Origin: Cyanidioschyzon merolae
Lineage: Eukaryota
Length of the DNA: 64,000 nucleotides
Assembly (NCBI GenBank): GCA_000091205.1
Contig: AP006494.2
Reading direction: 5' to 3' (one strand)
Position numbers and translations under genes: made by a program. Positions within the stretch are counted from its first letter, which is position 1; each line of letters opens with the position of its first letter. This document shows positions 1-11,262 of the stretch, in pieces. The notes below the pieces were generated by a model. It was given only the letters and a program-made list of their open reading frames with translations, was not told the DNA's origin and ran no database searches.

Positions 1-1304
1 GTTTCATTTCGAGCGCCGCAGCATGCACAGACACTTCCCTCTTCGCATATGACACGTCTTTGACAAGTACAGAAGGCCACCCTTGACACCCTTCTCCGTT
101 TTCGCTCCCAGTATCTGGAACCGCGACTACGGCTCTTCTGCTGATCAATCCCGGGCGATGTGAGCATCGCCCGCTGTGCACGAAACCGCATGCTGTTCCA
201 TTCGATGGAGGATGAAAGAACAGAAACTAACCACTGACTAGCAACTCGATAACAGTTTCTTTAGACCTTGACAGTACGCGTTGAAATGGGGAAAAGCTTC
301 CATATCTTCCAAATTTTACCTTCTAGGCGGAAGGTCCCGCGAGCCGGACGAGTCTGCGGTGCTAGCTAGTGCTTCATGCTTCCTCCAGTGGCAGGTGCAG
401 TGGCGAGACCTGCACAAGTCGTCCGCAACGCATTTCATCTAGGACTAGACGCAGCAAAGCTACATCTGGGCGTCGCCCTGGTCGCAGTGGACTCCCAGTA
501 TATCGCTTCGCGCTGCTGCAGACTCCTAGAATGCTGATGTTCGGGGACCCCGCGTCCGATGAACCACGCCTCGAGCCGACGCCCTCAGTGGTATGCCACA
601 GCTATTCTGTCGCCATGCAGCACCTGCTTCAGCGGTGGAAGCGCTACGGCGGGTGCTCACGGCAGACTAGGTGCACGATAGAACATACAAAACGACCAGC
701 ACATCCGAAAGGAATTACAAATCATGAAACTCGGTGGCAGGTGTAGCAGTGCAATGAACGCTCGCCCGAAAGCCAATACCCACCATCAATCCGTGATCCA
801 TGGTCAATGCAGACGTGTTGCCATCGGCAAAAATCGCCTGCATGATGCGCAAAGCGCCACCCGCTCTGGGGGCATTCAAGCGCATCCATCTTTGTCGCAA
901 ATTAAGGATCCCACTGCCCGCACGGCGGCGCCAGCAACTGCGCCATCGCGGATCGACGGCGCGAACGCGCGGCGCCGAGTCGGCCATTCGCCAAGAACAG
1001 CAGCGATCTTGGAACGCTTGCTAGGGCGCGCGCCCTGCACCAGGGCGGCCCAAAGTGCGCGGGCACGATGGCGTGCCTCGCAGCCGAGGCAAACACTGCG
1101 CACGGCGGGTCGGGGCACTCTGACCCAGTCGCTGCTGTTGTTGATCACAGGACCGAGGCTAGATGCACGACCTCCAACCGAAGCGGTATACGCTCAACGG
1201 ATGGCTATGGTTTGTCGTTGTGCATAGCGTGACGCAGCTACTCGACTCTGCGTACTTACTACGGATTGCCATTCATTCTTCACGTTTGATACCGCATTTA
1301 AATC

Positions 1305-1916
1305 ATGAAGAAAGCGCTGGCATTACTTCTTGTTGGTATGATGGCCACTGCTGGTGTGGCACAGGCATCTGAGGTCATGGAAAACGAAGGTGCTGTCTTC
1401 GAGGAAGCTCCACTGGAAACGACGGAGCATATGTACTATCAGGATAATAAGAAGCCCTTCTACGTCAACAACCAGCCGTCATATAAGCCGAAATACAAGA
1501 ACTACTACCAGAAGAAGAACTTTTATCAGAAGCAGACCTACATCTACACGAAGCAGCCTATCTACACCAAGCAGCCTATCTACACGAAGCAGCCTATTGA
1601 GACGAAGCAGCCCATCTACAAGAAGCAACCTATCTACACGAAGCAGCCCATCTACACGAAGCAGCCGCAATATGAAAAGTCGTACCAGCCGCAGTACAAG
1701 CAGAAAGAAGTGAAGACGTACATTCCTCTGAAAGAACAGAAGCAACAGCAAGTATACCAAAAGCAAAACAACTACCAAGCAGAGAAAGAGTACTATGCGC
1801 TGAAGAAGCAGTACAAGGGCGAGCAACAGAAAAAATATCAGAATGAGAAGAAAAAGCCGTACCTTTCGAAGAAAAAGTTCTACGGCGAGGAGAATAACAA
1901 TCAGTACTACTGGTAA
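1305..1916 (+). CDS. Secreted low-complexity Tyr/Lys/Gln-rich protein with tandem hexapeptide repeats (YTKQPI)n
   Basis: 203-aa ORF. The N-terminus MKKALALLLVGMMATAGVAQA is a classical signal peptide. The central part is 18-nt tandem repeats encoding KQPIYT about 8 times. The C-terminus is rich in K, Q and Y. Third codon positions stay G/C-biased like neighbouring genes, consistent with a native gene. Confidence 0.5.
   Translation: MKKALALLLVGMMATAGVAQASEVMENEGAVFEEAPLETTEHMYYQDNKKPFYVNNQPSYKPKYKNYYQKKNFYQKQTYIYTKQPIYTKQPIYTKQPIETKQPIYKKQPIYTKQPIYTKQPQYEKSYQPQYKQKEVKTYIPLKEQKQQQVYQKQNNYQAEKEYYALKKQYKGEQQKKYQNEKKKPYLSKKKFYGEENNNQYYW
1544..1668 (+). repeat. 18-bp tandem repeat (aagcagcc[t/c]atctacacg)n, about 7 copies, coding
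   Basis: Direct reading of the sequence. It produces shadow ORFs in the other frames (1354..1713 +, 1479..1826 -). Confidence 0.8.
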
Positions 1917-3059
1917 GCTAGCTAGCTAGCTGCTGACGGGACGCCGATGGAATCGCGTGCGGGCGGGTGTTCGGCTTCCTGCACAACCGAAGCACCGCAT
2001 CGTTCCAGACTACAGCGGGCGCAGGTCCACTACTGGCGAAGGGTTCACAGCTGGAAATCCGATTGCATTGTGGTCCGCGGGCGCGACTAGGCAGCATTCT
2101 CTGAGGAGGCTCGTTGTAAAATGGACAGGAACCTGTTACGAATCCACTCACATACCAGGCAACACTGAGTTCAGCATTCAGTGGAACAGGTCGTCGAATT
2201 CGGGCGGGAACGCTCGAGCTCCGGTCGCTTCTCTGTGGCATCATCAGCGCCAGCCTCTGCGGGACTGCTCAGTGACTGCTTCCGTTTCCCCTCTCTGATG
2301 TCCGGCTTGCAATACGCCAGTCTCTCTTGTCTCCAAAGCTCCGATATTAGTAGTCGTTGAGGAATTTTGATGGCAGCGTTCCAGTCCCGATTTCACCGCT
2401 TGTGGATGTTTTCAACGCATTTCATTCACAGGCGGAAGATGCGATCTGCGATTCGCAACCCATTGTCATCGTCTTTGAACGCAGCGTCGGTGCACCGTTC
2501 GCGGTGGTTATACACGCGCATGGTTAGTTGTTCCCATATGCTCACCACAGAGACTCGAGCACTTTCGAGCGCCGCCCTGTGGTCCGTGAACACCTGCTTC
2601 ACCGCTCGGCAGCTACCCGAGATGGGCACGGAAGGCTGCACCCGATGCCAAACCTTCGGTTCGGGGGCTTCTCTGGTCGATGCCCTCGGCGAGTACGCCG
2701 TCCGCTGCAAACGCTAGCGCACGCAGTTCCTTTCGATGGAAGATTTCTGGAACGCTGTGTTGCATATGATAAAACACGTACCGGAAGCACAACCCAGGGC
2801 GGAGAACACGTCGAGAAACTTCGGTCCGTCTGCGCTGCCTTGGTGCGCAGCTGTGACGGACACTCCACTGGGAGCGATCGCTGCGATGATTCCGGTTCAA
2901 TTCCAAGACCCTTAGCCAGGAGTCCAGAGCACACAGGACCGTGTTTTACGCATATCCGGTGAGACGTTTCGTGCTGGTGTAGAATACCAGGACGTCGATG
3001 GCCACAGAAAGATGAGGATTTGTCTGTTGAACGGATTCGATCATTGGCCGTGATCAGTT

Positions 3060-3290
3060 CAGTGGGCGTGCAGCCTGGTCTAATGAGCAAGTCGTCGAGT
3101 ATGTTTCGTCATCAATCCAGTGCAGCGAATCGTTGCGCCCATGATTCGCTTTGGAGCAGAGAGATCGAAGCATTGGAAGATGTATGATTTTAGCATGCCG
3201 TGCGTATGGAAAGGAGAACAGTGGTGGCTTCTTCGTACGCATTGAAAGATGATATTGGTTATTCAACGAACTCATTTCCAAGAGTGTCGC
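3060..3290 (-). repeat. Fragment of the distal end of the dispersed ~1.2-kb repeat family ('WIDDET' segment)
   Basis: The reverse complement contains tggattgatgacgaaaca. About 100 bp of flank is alignable to 18000-18050 and 40540-40590. Confidence 0.4.
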
Positions 3291-3530
3291 GAATCATCTT
3301 CATTCCGGTAATGTCATGAGTTTCGGTGGCAACGCGTCAACGGAGCTACCTCTGATGCACGATCAAGCATCCCAAAGCGACGTATGGATCTGTATGCCCT
3401 TATTGCTGCTCTTGGAATGATGACGCTGTACATCTAGGTAAAAGCCCCGAGAAAGATTCGAAAGGCAGGAATAGAGCAATCCGTTCAGTATTCCATTTAC
3501 ATCTGACACGAGCGGAGCCATCAGCACCGA

Positions 3531-6500
3531 TTACCTGCCAGCAGGCTCGAACATGCTGCGCAGATCGGCGAGCGTCAGAGCATGTGTATCGAGCATGTCG
3601 GCTGGGGGACGTGCTCGACACTGCCCTGTAGACTGGTGCTGCTGCTGCTGCTGCTGCTGCTGCCAGACATGACTCGCGCTGATCGCCTGTACCTGCTCCT
3701 CGACGGTACCCTGCACCACATAGCGATGAACATACGTGCAACACGTCTGACCGATACGATGAACACGACCTATTGCTTGCAGCTCGGCCGCAGGGTCCAA
3801 CAGCGGCTCCAGTAAAAACACATGCCGTGCTTCGACGAGGTTCAAACCATTGGCTCCGATGCGAATCGGCAAGAGCAGCGCGCACATTGGCTCACGACGC
3901 CCGCGAAAAGCCTCAACATCACCGATAACGTGCGGGATATTGTTGCGCTCGAGCGCCGCACTCAAGATCTGTAACAGCTCTGACCACAGCGAAAACACGA
4001 CGCATCGATGGGTTGCATCGGGAACAGGCCCTCGCTCCGCAACCTGTCTTGTCGCGTATTCTTGGATGAACAGCAGATCGCGCACGACTGCTTCGATTTT
4101 GGCGCCAAAGCTTCCTTTAATGGGTGCCATCGCGCTCTGCGAACTCGCTGCTCCCGTCTGAATGAACGAGACCTCTCGTGTGTTGCAGACCTCACGGCAA
4201 AGTGGACACGGCAGCGAGCGGCTGTGTTGTCGATAGACGCGCGCCTCGAGGTAGCTCGACGTGCATTCGATACAGAAACAGTGGCCACACGGCAGGAGGA
4301 CAAGCTCGGAACCCAGCTGTCGATAGCAAATCGGACAGGGCTCCTGACGCTTCGCTGCGAGATCCTCTACACAGGAGCTTTTCAGGCGTTGCAAGTAGAC
4401 CAGCTGGCCTTTCTTGCGATCTGACTGTTCTTCAGCGAGGCGGCGATCTAACTCTAGCGCAAGCGCTGTAGACTCGATTTCCGCCTCTAGGATTCGATAG
4501 CGGCGCTCTGACTCGCTGACTTGCTCGCCAGGTGCTCGGAGCGTGATGCGTGTTGCCGCCATAATGAGTTCATCCAGGGCGCCCAGATAGTCTTTCTGAG
4601 CGCGGAAATAGACATGTGCATGCGTAAATTCCTTTTTCAGCAGGGCGAAGCGCTCCCACTCTTTCGCCGCTGATTCTCCGAGAACCCCAGTATCTGCATC
4701 TGCGTCCAAGCGTCTTAGTGCAGCTGCAATGAAGCGCAGGGCACGTTCCAGCTCGCTGGCCAGACGGACACCACCGTCGCCCTCGGTGATCACCGCCGCT
4801 GCACGACGCAGACGATCCCCAGTGGTTGCGTCGGGGGCTTTGCTCGCGTTCACCAGCCTGGTGCGCACGGCAAAGAGGCATCGCTCGTAGGCATCAAAGA
4901 GGTCCTCTGATTCGCAGTGTCGACAGGGCTCTCCCAGCATGTCCTCCCGGCACTGTCTACAGGTCCCGGAAGCACGCACCTCGGCTTCGCTCGGTTCTGC
5001 ATCGCCATTGCCTGGCAGTGACAGGAGCCGATCCAGCAGGGTGCGTCGACTCTGCTCAAGGGCATCGAAGCTTCGTACCAGAGCGTAACGGAGCGCCTTC
5101 AGCGAGAGCGTCTGCGTTCCGCCGAGCAGCTGTCGAACGATGCCGTCCTCCTCGAGTCGATCCAGAAGCCACTGTCCACAATCGGCTCGTTCGATGGCGT
5201 CCAGCGCCGTCATCCACCAGAGACGCACGGGCGCTGCATGCGCACAGCGTTCCAGTTCGGAACTGAGACGCTGCAACTGCCGTCTCGCGTTTTGCACCTG
5301 CTCGCGTCGCTCCCGTAAATACGCCTCGCGTAAAGCGTCGGCATCCGAGCGCAGACAATCGTCTCGGAGCGTTACCCCAAAATCTAAGCGTTCAGCGGGG
5401 TGCTTCTCCAGCACTTGTGCCAAATTAACCAGTACATGGTATCGCTGTAGCGGATCGATTTCGACAAAATTGGCTTGTTTCGGCTCCTGTGCACGCTGCA
5501 GCACTGCGCGGTACAGGCGAACTGCATCGGCTGGTTGACCACGCAACCACGCGATGGCAGCGAGTCCATTCAAAGATGCCACCAGCGAGCGTTGTGCCTC
5601 CTCGCATTCGAGTCGTGCTCGTTGAATGAGGACATCCAGTACCTGATCCATGGTCATCATGTTCGCCTCGAGCCCAGTCCCTGTGGAGCTACCACCGAAA
5701 CCTCCCGGGGCCAGACGTGGATGACAACACGCCTGCCTTAGCACTTTCAGATGATGCAGCACCGAGCGAACCAGGCCGTATCCGCGTCGAGACGCAGACT
5801 TGAGCAGCGAACCCGGTTCCTCCAGGTATTTCGCAACCCGTGCGTTTAATAGATGCTGCACAAAACTGACACAGGTCTCGTGCTGGCGGTTGTAATAGTG
5901 TCGCTCGACGGGGCCGAGGCTGAGGTTCTGCATGATTTCAAACTGCGGCGGAAGGTTGAGCTCCATCCAGACGTCGGCTTTCTGGGAGCGCCAGGCAAGC
6001 GCTCGTATCAGCTGCGCTAGTCGCAAGCTCGCACCGCTGCCGTTCCGCTCGCAGGGTCGTATCAACCATTTGCGCCAGATTTCCGGTTCGCAGAAGGGTT
6101 CAAACCTCAGGAAACGCACAAGGCTTTCCAGGTCGTCCACAGATCGGCGTACTGGGGTACCGGTGATGCACCAACGCTTGTGCGCGTGCAGCTGCAGCGC
6201 CATCGCTGCTGCCGCGGCAACACCACCACGGATCATTTGCGCTTCATCGAGACATACCCGCTCCCACTCTATGCGAGTCAAAGGGGTTGGTGCAACTCGA
6301 TAGCGCTTCTCGTATCGAAGACTTCTCGGCCGAAGAATGTTCTCGTGTGCCCGGTTGACGTCTGCGCGCAGGGCATCGTACGTGGTGAGCACCACATCCG
6401 CTCGCCTCAGGCGTCTCAGACGCTGATAGGTCTCGCGGTGCAGGCCCTGGTACACGACAACATCCAGGGAGGCATCCTCGACGTGCTTTCGTATCTCGCT

Positions 6501-7928
6501 TTCCCATTGACGAAGGATAATGCTCGGACAAACGATGAGCGTCGACTTGCTTGGTAGGGGCGTATCAGAATGAAGCAGCTCGGCGCAATCCTCGCAGAAA
6601 TAGCGTTTGCGAGCGCGGCCCACGATGAGCGCGTGAACAAGTGGCTTGTTTTGAAACCGACCGCACTCGCAGCATACTCTCTTGCTTTGACGAACGCACC
6701 CATCTTCCGGAATATGATCATCGGATTGTCCAGAGGCATTTCCGGCGACTGGTCGCTGCGCACGCTCCAGAAGGATGCAAGCCAGCAGCTCGACGGTCTT
6801 GCCGAGGCCCATCTCGTCACAAAGCATGCCACCGTATACGAGGTGCTCGGGTATGGTATCGATTCCCGATGTCGAGGCCGCGGTTGCAACCGACTCGAGC
6901 GCATGGAAAAGCAGCGGCGCGTACTCGCCACCACCTCGCGTATCCGGGATGCAAACCGGTGCCAGTGACTCCCAAGCAATCCCGTGACGTTCCCTTTCGA
7001 GCATCCAGGTGACGGCGCGGCACTGATAGGGGCGCAGCCGCGGCCGCAAACCAGGAACCTCCGGCGACACCAGAGGCCTGCTCGCGGCACCATGGGGTGC
7101 TCCGGGCGACGCTTCAGGTACAGCGTCGACATCCGACGGCAAGCGGCGCATGGCCTCATAGACCCAGGGCGCTTCGCCCCATAACGATCGCTCATCGGCA
7201 GCTCGAGGGGCGACTTGTACGTTCACCACGCCGCGAGCCGAGCGGAAGCACCAGCCCACATTCGCTGGTGCGTAAGCTGCAGTTGGCTGCAGCCGGGCTT
7301 CAGCTAGCGCCACCTGGGGATGCCACCAGCTGAGTACCTGGTGCAGGTCCCGCCGCAGCACCTCCTGTCGTAAAGACGCCGCGAGGCATCGCTCCCGATG
7401 CACAAGGACAAGGAAGCTCGGGATCGGCTCCGGAATAGGTGCAAGCGTCAGGATCTTCCTCTGGCACAGCCGCGTAACGCTTTCAACCAGCGCCGCTGGC
7501 ACTGGGCCCAGGCTCACTGCTTCCGGTTGTTCGGCGTCGTCGGGCGCTTTCCGCTTCCTTGCCCTCATTGGTGGCTTGCAGTCCGCGCCCGCACACCCCG
7601 TTGAGACGAAGCGGAGTGACCAGCACGTTTGTGATCCGGACAATGCAGGAACGTTTTCCGAGGCACGCAAGTGCAGCACGGCGCTGTCCGTAAACGTTTC
7701 CACCTGGTGTTGCCCGAGCCCGTCCAGCATACCCACAGCGAACCAGTTCGAGTCTGCGGCTGCTGCAGGCTCGATGTCCAACCAGGTTTCAGTGCAGGCT
7801 TGAGCGGGTGCCAAGGAGCGTGGGCGCTTCGCTTCAAGCCTTCTTGGAGCTACCTGCGTTGTCTCAGTTTGCACGACGCCTTCATTTGTGTATGGTCGGC
7901 GACGAGGTCGTGCTTGTTTAGTGCGCAT
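3531..7928 (-). CDS. SNF2-family DNA helicase with embedded C3HC4 RING finger, SHPRH-like (Rad5/Rad16/HLTF class), polyQ near C-terminus
   Basis: 1465-aa ORF. SNF2 motif I (LCDEMGLGKTVELL) is followed by a Cys-rich PHD-like insert (CCECGRF...YFCEDCAELL) before motif Ia (LIVCPSIILRQW). DEAQ box, motif III (WCITGTP). RING: CPICYRQ...LPCGHCFCIECT...CPLCR. Helicase-C: LNLVEARHVFLLEP...AIGRVHRIGQ. C-terminal QQQQQQQQHQ. Confidence 0.8.
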   Translation of the reverse strand: MRTKQARPRRRPYTNEGVVQTETTQVAPRRLEAKRPRSLAPAQACTETWLDIEPAAAADSNWFAVGMLDGLGQHQVETFTDSAVLHLRASENVPALSGSQTCWSLRFVSTGCAGADCKPPMRARKRKAPDDAEQPEAVSLGPVPAALVESVTRLCQRKILTLAPIPEPIPSFLVLVHRERCLAASLRQEVLRRDLHQVLSWWHPQVALAEARLQPTAAYAPANVGWCFRSARGVVNVQVAPRAADERSLWGEAPWVYEAMRRLPSDVDAVPEASPGAPHGAASRPLVSPEVPGLRPRLRPYQCRAVTWMLERERHGIAWESLAPVCIPDTRGGGEYAPLLFHALESVATAASTSGIDTIPEHLVYGGMLCDEMGLGKTVELLACILLERAQRPVAGNASGQSDDHIPEDGCVRQSKRVCCECGRFQNKPLVHALIVGRARKRYFCEDCAELLHSDTPLPSKSTLIVCPSIILRQWESEIRKHVEDASLDVVVYQGLHRETYQRLRRLRRADVVLTTYDALRADVNRAHENILRPRSLRYEKRYRVAPTPLTRIEWERVCLDEAQMIRGGVAAAAAMALQLHAHKRWCITGTPVRRSVDDLESLVRFLRFEPFCEPEIWRKWLIRPCERNGSGASLRLAQLIRALAWRSQKADVWMELNLPPQFEIMQNLSLGPVERHYYNRQHETCVSFVQHLLNARVAKYLEEPGSLLKSASRRGYGLVRSVLHHLKVLRQACCHPRLAPGGFGGSSTGTGLEANMMTMDQVLDVLIQRARLECEEAQRSLVASLNGLAAIAWLRGQPADAVRLYRAVLQRAQEPKQANFVEIDPLQRYHVLVNLAQVLEKHPAERLDFGVTLRDDCLRSDADALREAYLRERREQVQNARRQLQRLSSELERCAHAAPVRLWWMTALDAIERADCGQWLLDRLEEDGIVRQLLGGTQTLSLKALRYALVRSFDALEQSRRTLLDRLLSLPGNGDAEPSEAEVRASGTCRQCREDMLGEPCRHCESEDLFDAYERCLFAVRTRLVNASKAPDATTGDRLRRAAAVITEGDGGVRLASELERALRFIAAALRRLDADADTGVLGESAAKEWERFALLKKEFTHAHVYFRAQKDYLGALDELIMAATRITLRAPGEQVSESERRYRILEAEIESTALALELDRRLAEEQSDRKKGQLVYLQRLKSSCVEDLAAKRQEPCPICYRQLGSELVLLPCGHCFCIECTSSYLEARVYRQHSRSLPCPLCREVCNTREVSFIQTGAASSQSAMAPIKGSFGAKIEAVVRDLLFIQEYATRQVAERGPVPDATHRCVVFSLWSELLQILSAALERNNIPHVIGDVEAFRGRREPMCALLLPIRIGANGLNLVEARHVFLLEPLLDPAAELQAIGRVHRIGQTCCTYVHRYVVQGTVEEQVQAISASHVWQQQQQQQQHQSTGQCRARPPADMLDTHALTLADLRSMFEPAGR
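3635..3662 (-). repeat. (CAG)n microsatellite, about 9 units, encoding the polyQ of the SNF2 protein
   Basis: ctgctgctgctg... on the + strand, inside the 3531..7928 CDS. Confidence 0.9.
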
Positions 7929-8744
7929 TCGCTTCCGCGAGCGTCACGCGGTGTCCAGGCAGGAGCACGAGGCGCTCTGTGAGTGGCAAAACACCCCGCG
8001 CTTTCTTCGAAAGCCGTGAAACTCGAACACCGCACCTCTATCGGTGCTTGTTTCTCAAAGAAATTTAGGTTTAAGCCAAACACGGAGTTTTTCAGCGTGT
8101 GGTCAGGTTAGCGCGCCACCCACCGGCAAGCCAAGGCAACCAGTAACGAGTACAGTTCGTCTCGTTGCTCCGGGTAACACACGAGGGCTACTCTGGGCAG
8201 GGCACCTCGCGCTATACACTTGGACTTGATACTGCCTTCGTTTACTGGAATTTTCAACGAAATATCTCGAGCATGCCCAGGAGACCATACATACTTCTTT
8301 CGAAACTCGCTGGCTATGTGGAGCGCAGATTCCTGCGGCAGACCAGCTAACCGTCCAACAAACGCGCTAGAGAGAGGCGCCTCGGTAGCCGCTGAGGCGT
8401 GCTCGAGTCCTCATGGACGCTTCTCGAGACACCGTCGCGCCTTGTATGGGGTCTTCTCCACGACTTCATCCCGTCGCACGCTTCCTTGACGTCTCTGTGA
8501 AGCGTATAAACCGCTGCTGGTTGTATGCAGGGACATGTACGCTAAACAGCGCGACGAAGCGACCGGTAGCGGCTCGGAAAGCTCGCCCTCGAGTTGCAAG
8601 CAAGAATGCTGCACTCCGGCTCTTCAGGCTTCAAGCATTCGCTGCCGAGAACCATCCGACATTGTTTTCCATACGCCTCCGTGACTCACTACACCAGTAC
8701 GTGTTCGAATCGAACGCTGAACTAGTTGCTTCGTTTCAGCCTTG

Positions 8745-9750
8745 ATTTTTTTCCCCGGACTTTTCTTTTTTCCAAATGTGCAGCCCGGACATTCGAAATG
8801 CGTCATCGAAGGCCTACGGATTCATGGATGGCGATAGGATTCTGGGTCGAATGTTCGGAGCGGCTCCTTCGACGCTCTTCCGATGGAACTCGTAACGTCA
8901 CCGGAAACGTTATGATTCACCAAGTCATGGAACAGTGGTTCGTTCAATATCTGATATTGTCATCCAATTCATACGGACAAGCCTCTGTTTTTCTCCGTTC
9001 CTTACGTGTCGCATGCGCAAATCACGCAGTCCTCAAGTTTTCGATCTTGCTGTTTCAAGGCAACTCGTGGGCGCTGGAATTTGTCCCGCTGGATTGGCGA
9101 TGTAAACAAATAACGACGACAACGTTGTAGGACTTGCTCAAAGAGCTCATGTCGAAACGTCACAGAACCGCACATGACAAATCATCGATTCCGTTCGAAT
9201 GTGGAATCCTGCTCCCTTTGTGTCTATCGAAGAAACGCCATTCCACAGCGGGACGAGAGTGCTCCTGGGCCTTGATCCCAGAGACTCCCGTGGCATCTGT
9301 TTGCATGGGAACAGGTCTTGGACTGGGACCTCGGTCCTGGCAACCGTCGCTTCCGGTGGAGCGTGCACCACCGCTTTGCACGAAGAGAGCGTTGATGGAT
9401 CCAAGTTACTCGACTTGTTTCATCACGAACAACGCCGCGCACAACAAATCCTCTACCGAAATGAACAGCATGCGCTTGCATATGTCTCGGACAGAGCAAT
9501 CGCCAATGGGATCTTCAAGAGGATGCCCCTGATCGTAGGATATTTTGTCGGGCGCGGAAACGAAGCAGGGCATCGAGGAACGCCCTCTGTACCCGTCAAG
9601 GGCATCCGTCGAGCGACGTGGTCAGCAGTCGTGTGGTACAGGGCCGGCCCCCGAAGCACGATACGATGCGATAGACGTATGAGCAAACCTGCCAACATTC
9701 AAGCGTCACCGTTGTGAATGACGCATCGAAGCTGCATACAATCATGAGGA
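8745..9750 (-). mobile_element. Dispersed repeat family, copy C (diverged, inverted relative to copies A and B); probable decayed non-autonomous element
   Basis: Segment 8745-9160 aligns at roughly 70-80% with 34290-34720 and, as reverse complement, with 24020-24400. Segment 9250-9720 aligns as reverse complement with 23560-23830 and 17300-17520. No frame is conserved between copies. Confidence 0.6.
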
Positions 9751-10293
9751 AATCGGCAAGCGATGCGTAGATCGCGACTTGAACGCTACCATCAACAGTC
9801 TTCGACGACAGACCAGTGAGCTGGGCGGAAACGGAGTGACCAGCGTATTCGAAGCTACAGATAAGCGAGAAGAAAAGGAAGCAGTCACAGAAATACTTGC
9901 AAAGGCTGGTGTTGACAATTGTGTGACGAGTCCCCATTTTAGTTTGCGCACCCCGAGTTCAGGAACCTGTTTCATGTTATGCTGACACGGGTCCAGACAC
10001 CGCTACGCTCTACTGATCCCGGACTAGCATTCCTATCAGAGACAGAGACTTGGTCCAGTCAGGGATCTTCAGGTAATCACGGCCTCTCTCGGACGCATAC
10101 TGCGATACCGGATGTGTACCGAGGTTGCCGCAGACGCGGAACTCGCCCTGTGCAGTCGCCGAAAAACGTGCGGCACGTCTTCTGCAGGCGACGCTTCATT
10201 CCGCTACACAAGGCGTATTCCCGCCGCCCGGCGACGAGTCGACAACTGCGAGAGCTGCAGAACATGCGAAGCTTCTCCTGAACTCTGTGCAGA

Positions 10294-11262
10294 ATGTTGG
10301 GCTTTCAAGTTGGATTCGGGAGCGGGATCAGTCTTTTTGAACGCCGCAGAGTACTGGCTGGGCAAGTGCACCGACTCTGGCGCGGTTCCCGGTCGCTTGC
10401 GGTTACCGCATCTCGAAGGCCTTCGGTGTCGGTTAGCTGCAGGCTACGCAATCCTGGCGGGTTTCATTTGCCTCCACGAGTACCGAACGAAGAGCATGAG
10501 CTCCGTAGAGCGATCGAGCTTCTGGGTAATCGAACGCAGCGGCGACTGCGACCGGAGATGAGGGAAGCGCTCGCCGCACTTTTGGGCGAGTACCCGCCTA
10601 CCAAGGAGATCGCCCAACAGTGGAAGTACCGGCTTACGCGAATAGCCCAGGAGGAACAAGTGAGACGAAAGCAAAGCACAAGTGCTCCGCAAGGTGCAGA
10701 TCCTGGCCCAGTTACGCGACGACAGGCACTTCTTCGGGAGATCGAGCAGAACCTTCTCATACCCGAGAGCGACGAGCAGGTGCAGCGGGCGTTTTCGATC
10801 CTAGGCCGAATTATCGAACGTAAGGACAAACCTACTGAAAGCGAAGAAGCAGAACTCCAGCGCCTATTGGGTGTGGTGCCTGGCGGGGTGCTGACCGCCA
10901 AGCGCGCGGTACGGGTGTTGCGGGAGCAGGTTGCGAGTCGTCGGCGTTTTGAACGCTGGCCACCGTTTGTACCGCTGGCCTTGGAGCGCGTTCGTGAAGC
11001 CCGCGTCATCCTTCGCCAGATCGCTATCCAACGCTCGGCTGGTGCGAAAGCTGCTGCTCGCTTGAAAGAACTGCTGGCTGGTGGCTATCCGCGTAATCAA
11101 CGGGTCGCCCGCTCGTGGTGGAAACGCTTTTGCCTCGTGGAGCGCTTGTATGAGAAAAAGGCTTACAAAGCGATGCGTAAGGAACTTGTGGAACGTATAC
11201 GGGCGGAGCGACGAGCACGTGCTGAAAAGCGCCGTCTCCAAGGCGATGCACCACCCGCATGA
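10294..11262 (+). CDS. Hypothetical basic/charged protein with Arg/Ser-rich N-terminus (possible organellar presequence)
   Basis: 322-aa ORF in an otherwise gene-sized gap. K/R/E-rich helical repeats. No family recognised. Confidence 0.35.
   Translation: MLGFQVGFGSGISLFERRRVLAGQVHRLWRGSRSLAVTASRRPSVSVSCRLRNPGGFHLPPRVPNEEHELRRAIELLGNRTQRRLRPEMREALAALLGEYPPTKEIAQQWKYRLTRIAQEEQVRRKQSTSAPQGADPGPVTRRQALLREIEQNLLIPESDEQVQRAFSILGRIIERKDKPTESEEAELQRLLGVVPGGVLTAKRAVRVLREQVASRRRFERWPPFVPLALERVREARVILRQIAIQRSAGAKAAARLKELLAGGYPRNQRVARSWWKRFCLVERLYEKKAYKAMRKELVERIRAERRARAEKRRLQGDAPPA

Noticed and set aside
1305-1916. Atypical (foreign) codon usage of the Y/K/Q-rich gene, suggesting HGT.
   Set aside because: The local AT-richness comes from the amino-acid bias (K=aag, Q=cag, Y=tac). 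Third positions are still G/C-biased like the neighbouring genes.
6416-7195. 259-aa ORF on the minus strand in another frame inside the SNF2 gene. Similar long antisense or alternate-frame ORFs occur at 46130..46807, 49348..49731, 55713..56279, 57159..57941 and 41220..41822.
   Set aside because: They overlap well-supported homologous CDSs. High GC suppresses stop codons in the off-frames, and the amino-acid composition (R/S/A/P-rich) is typical of shadow ORFs.
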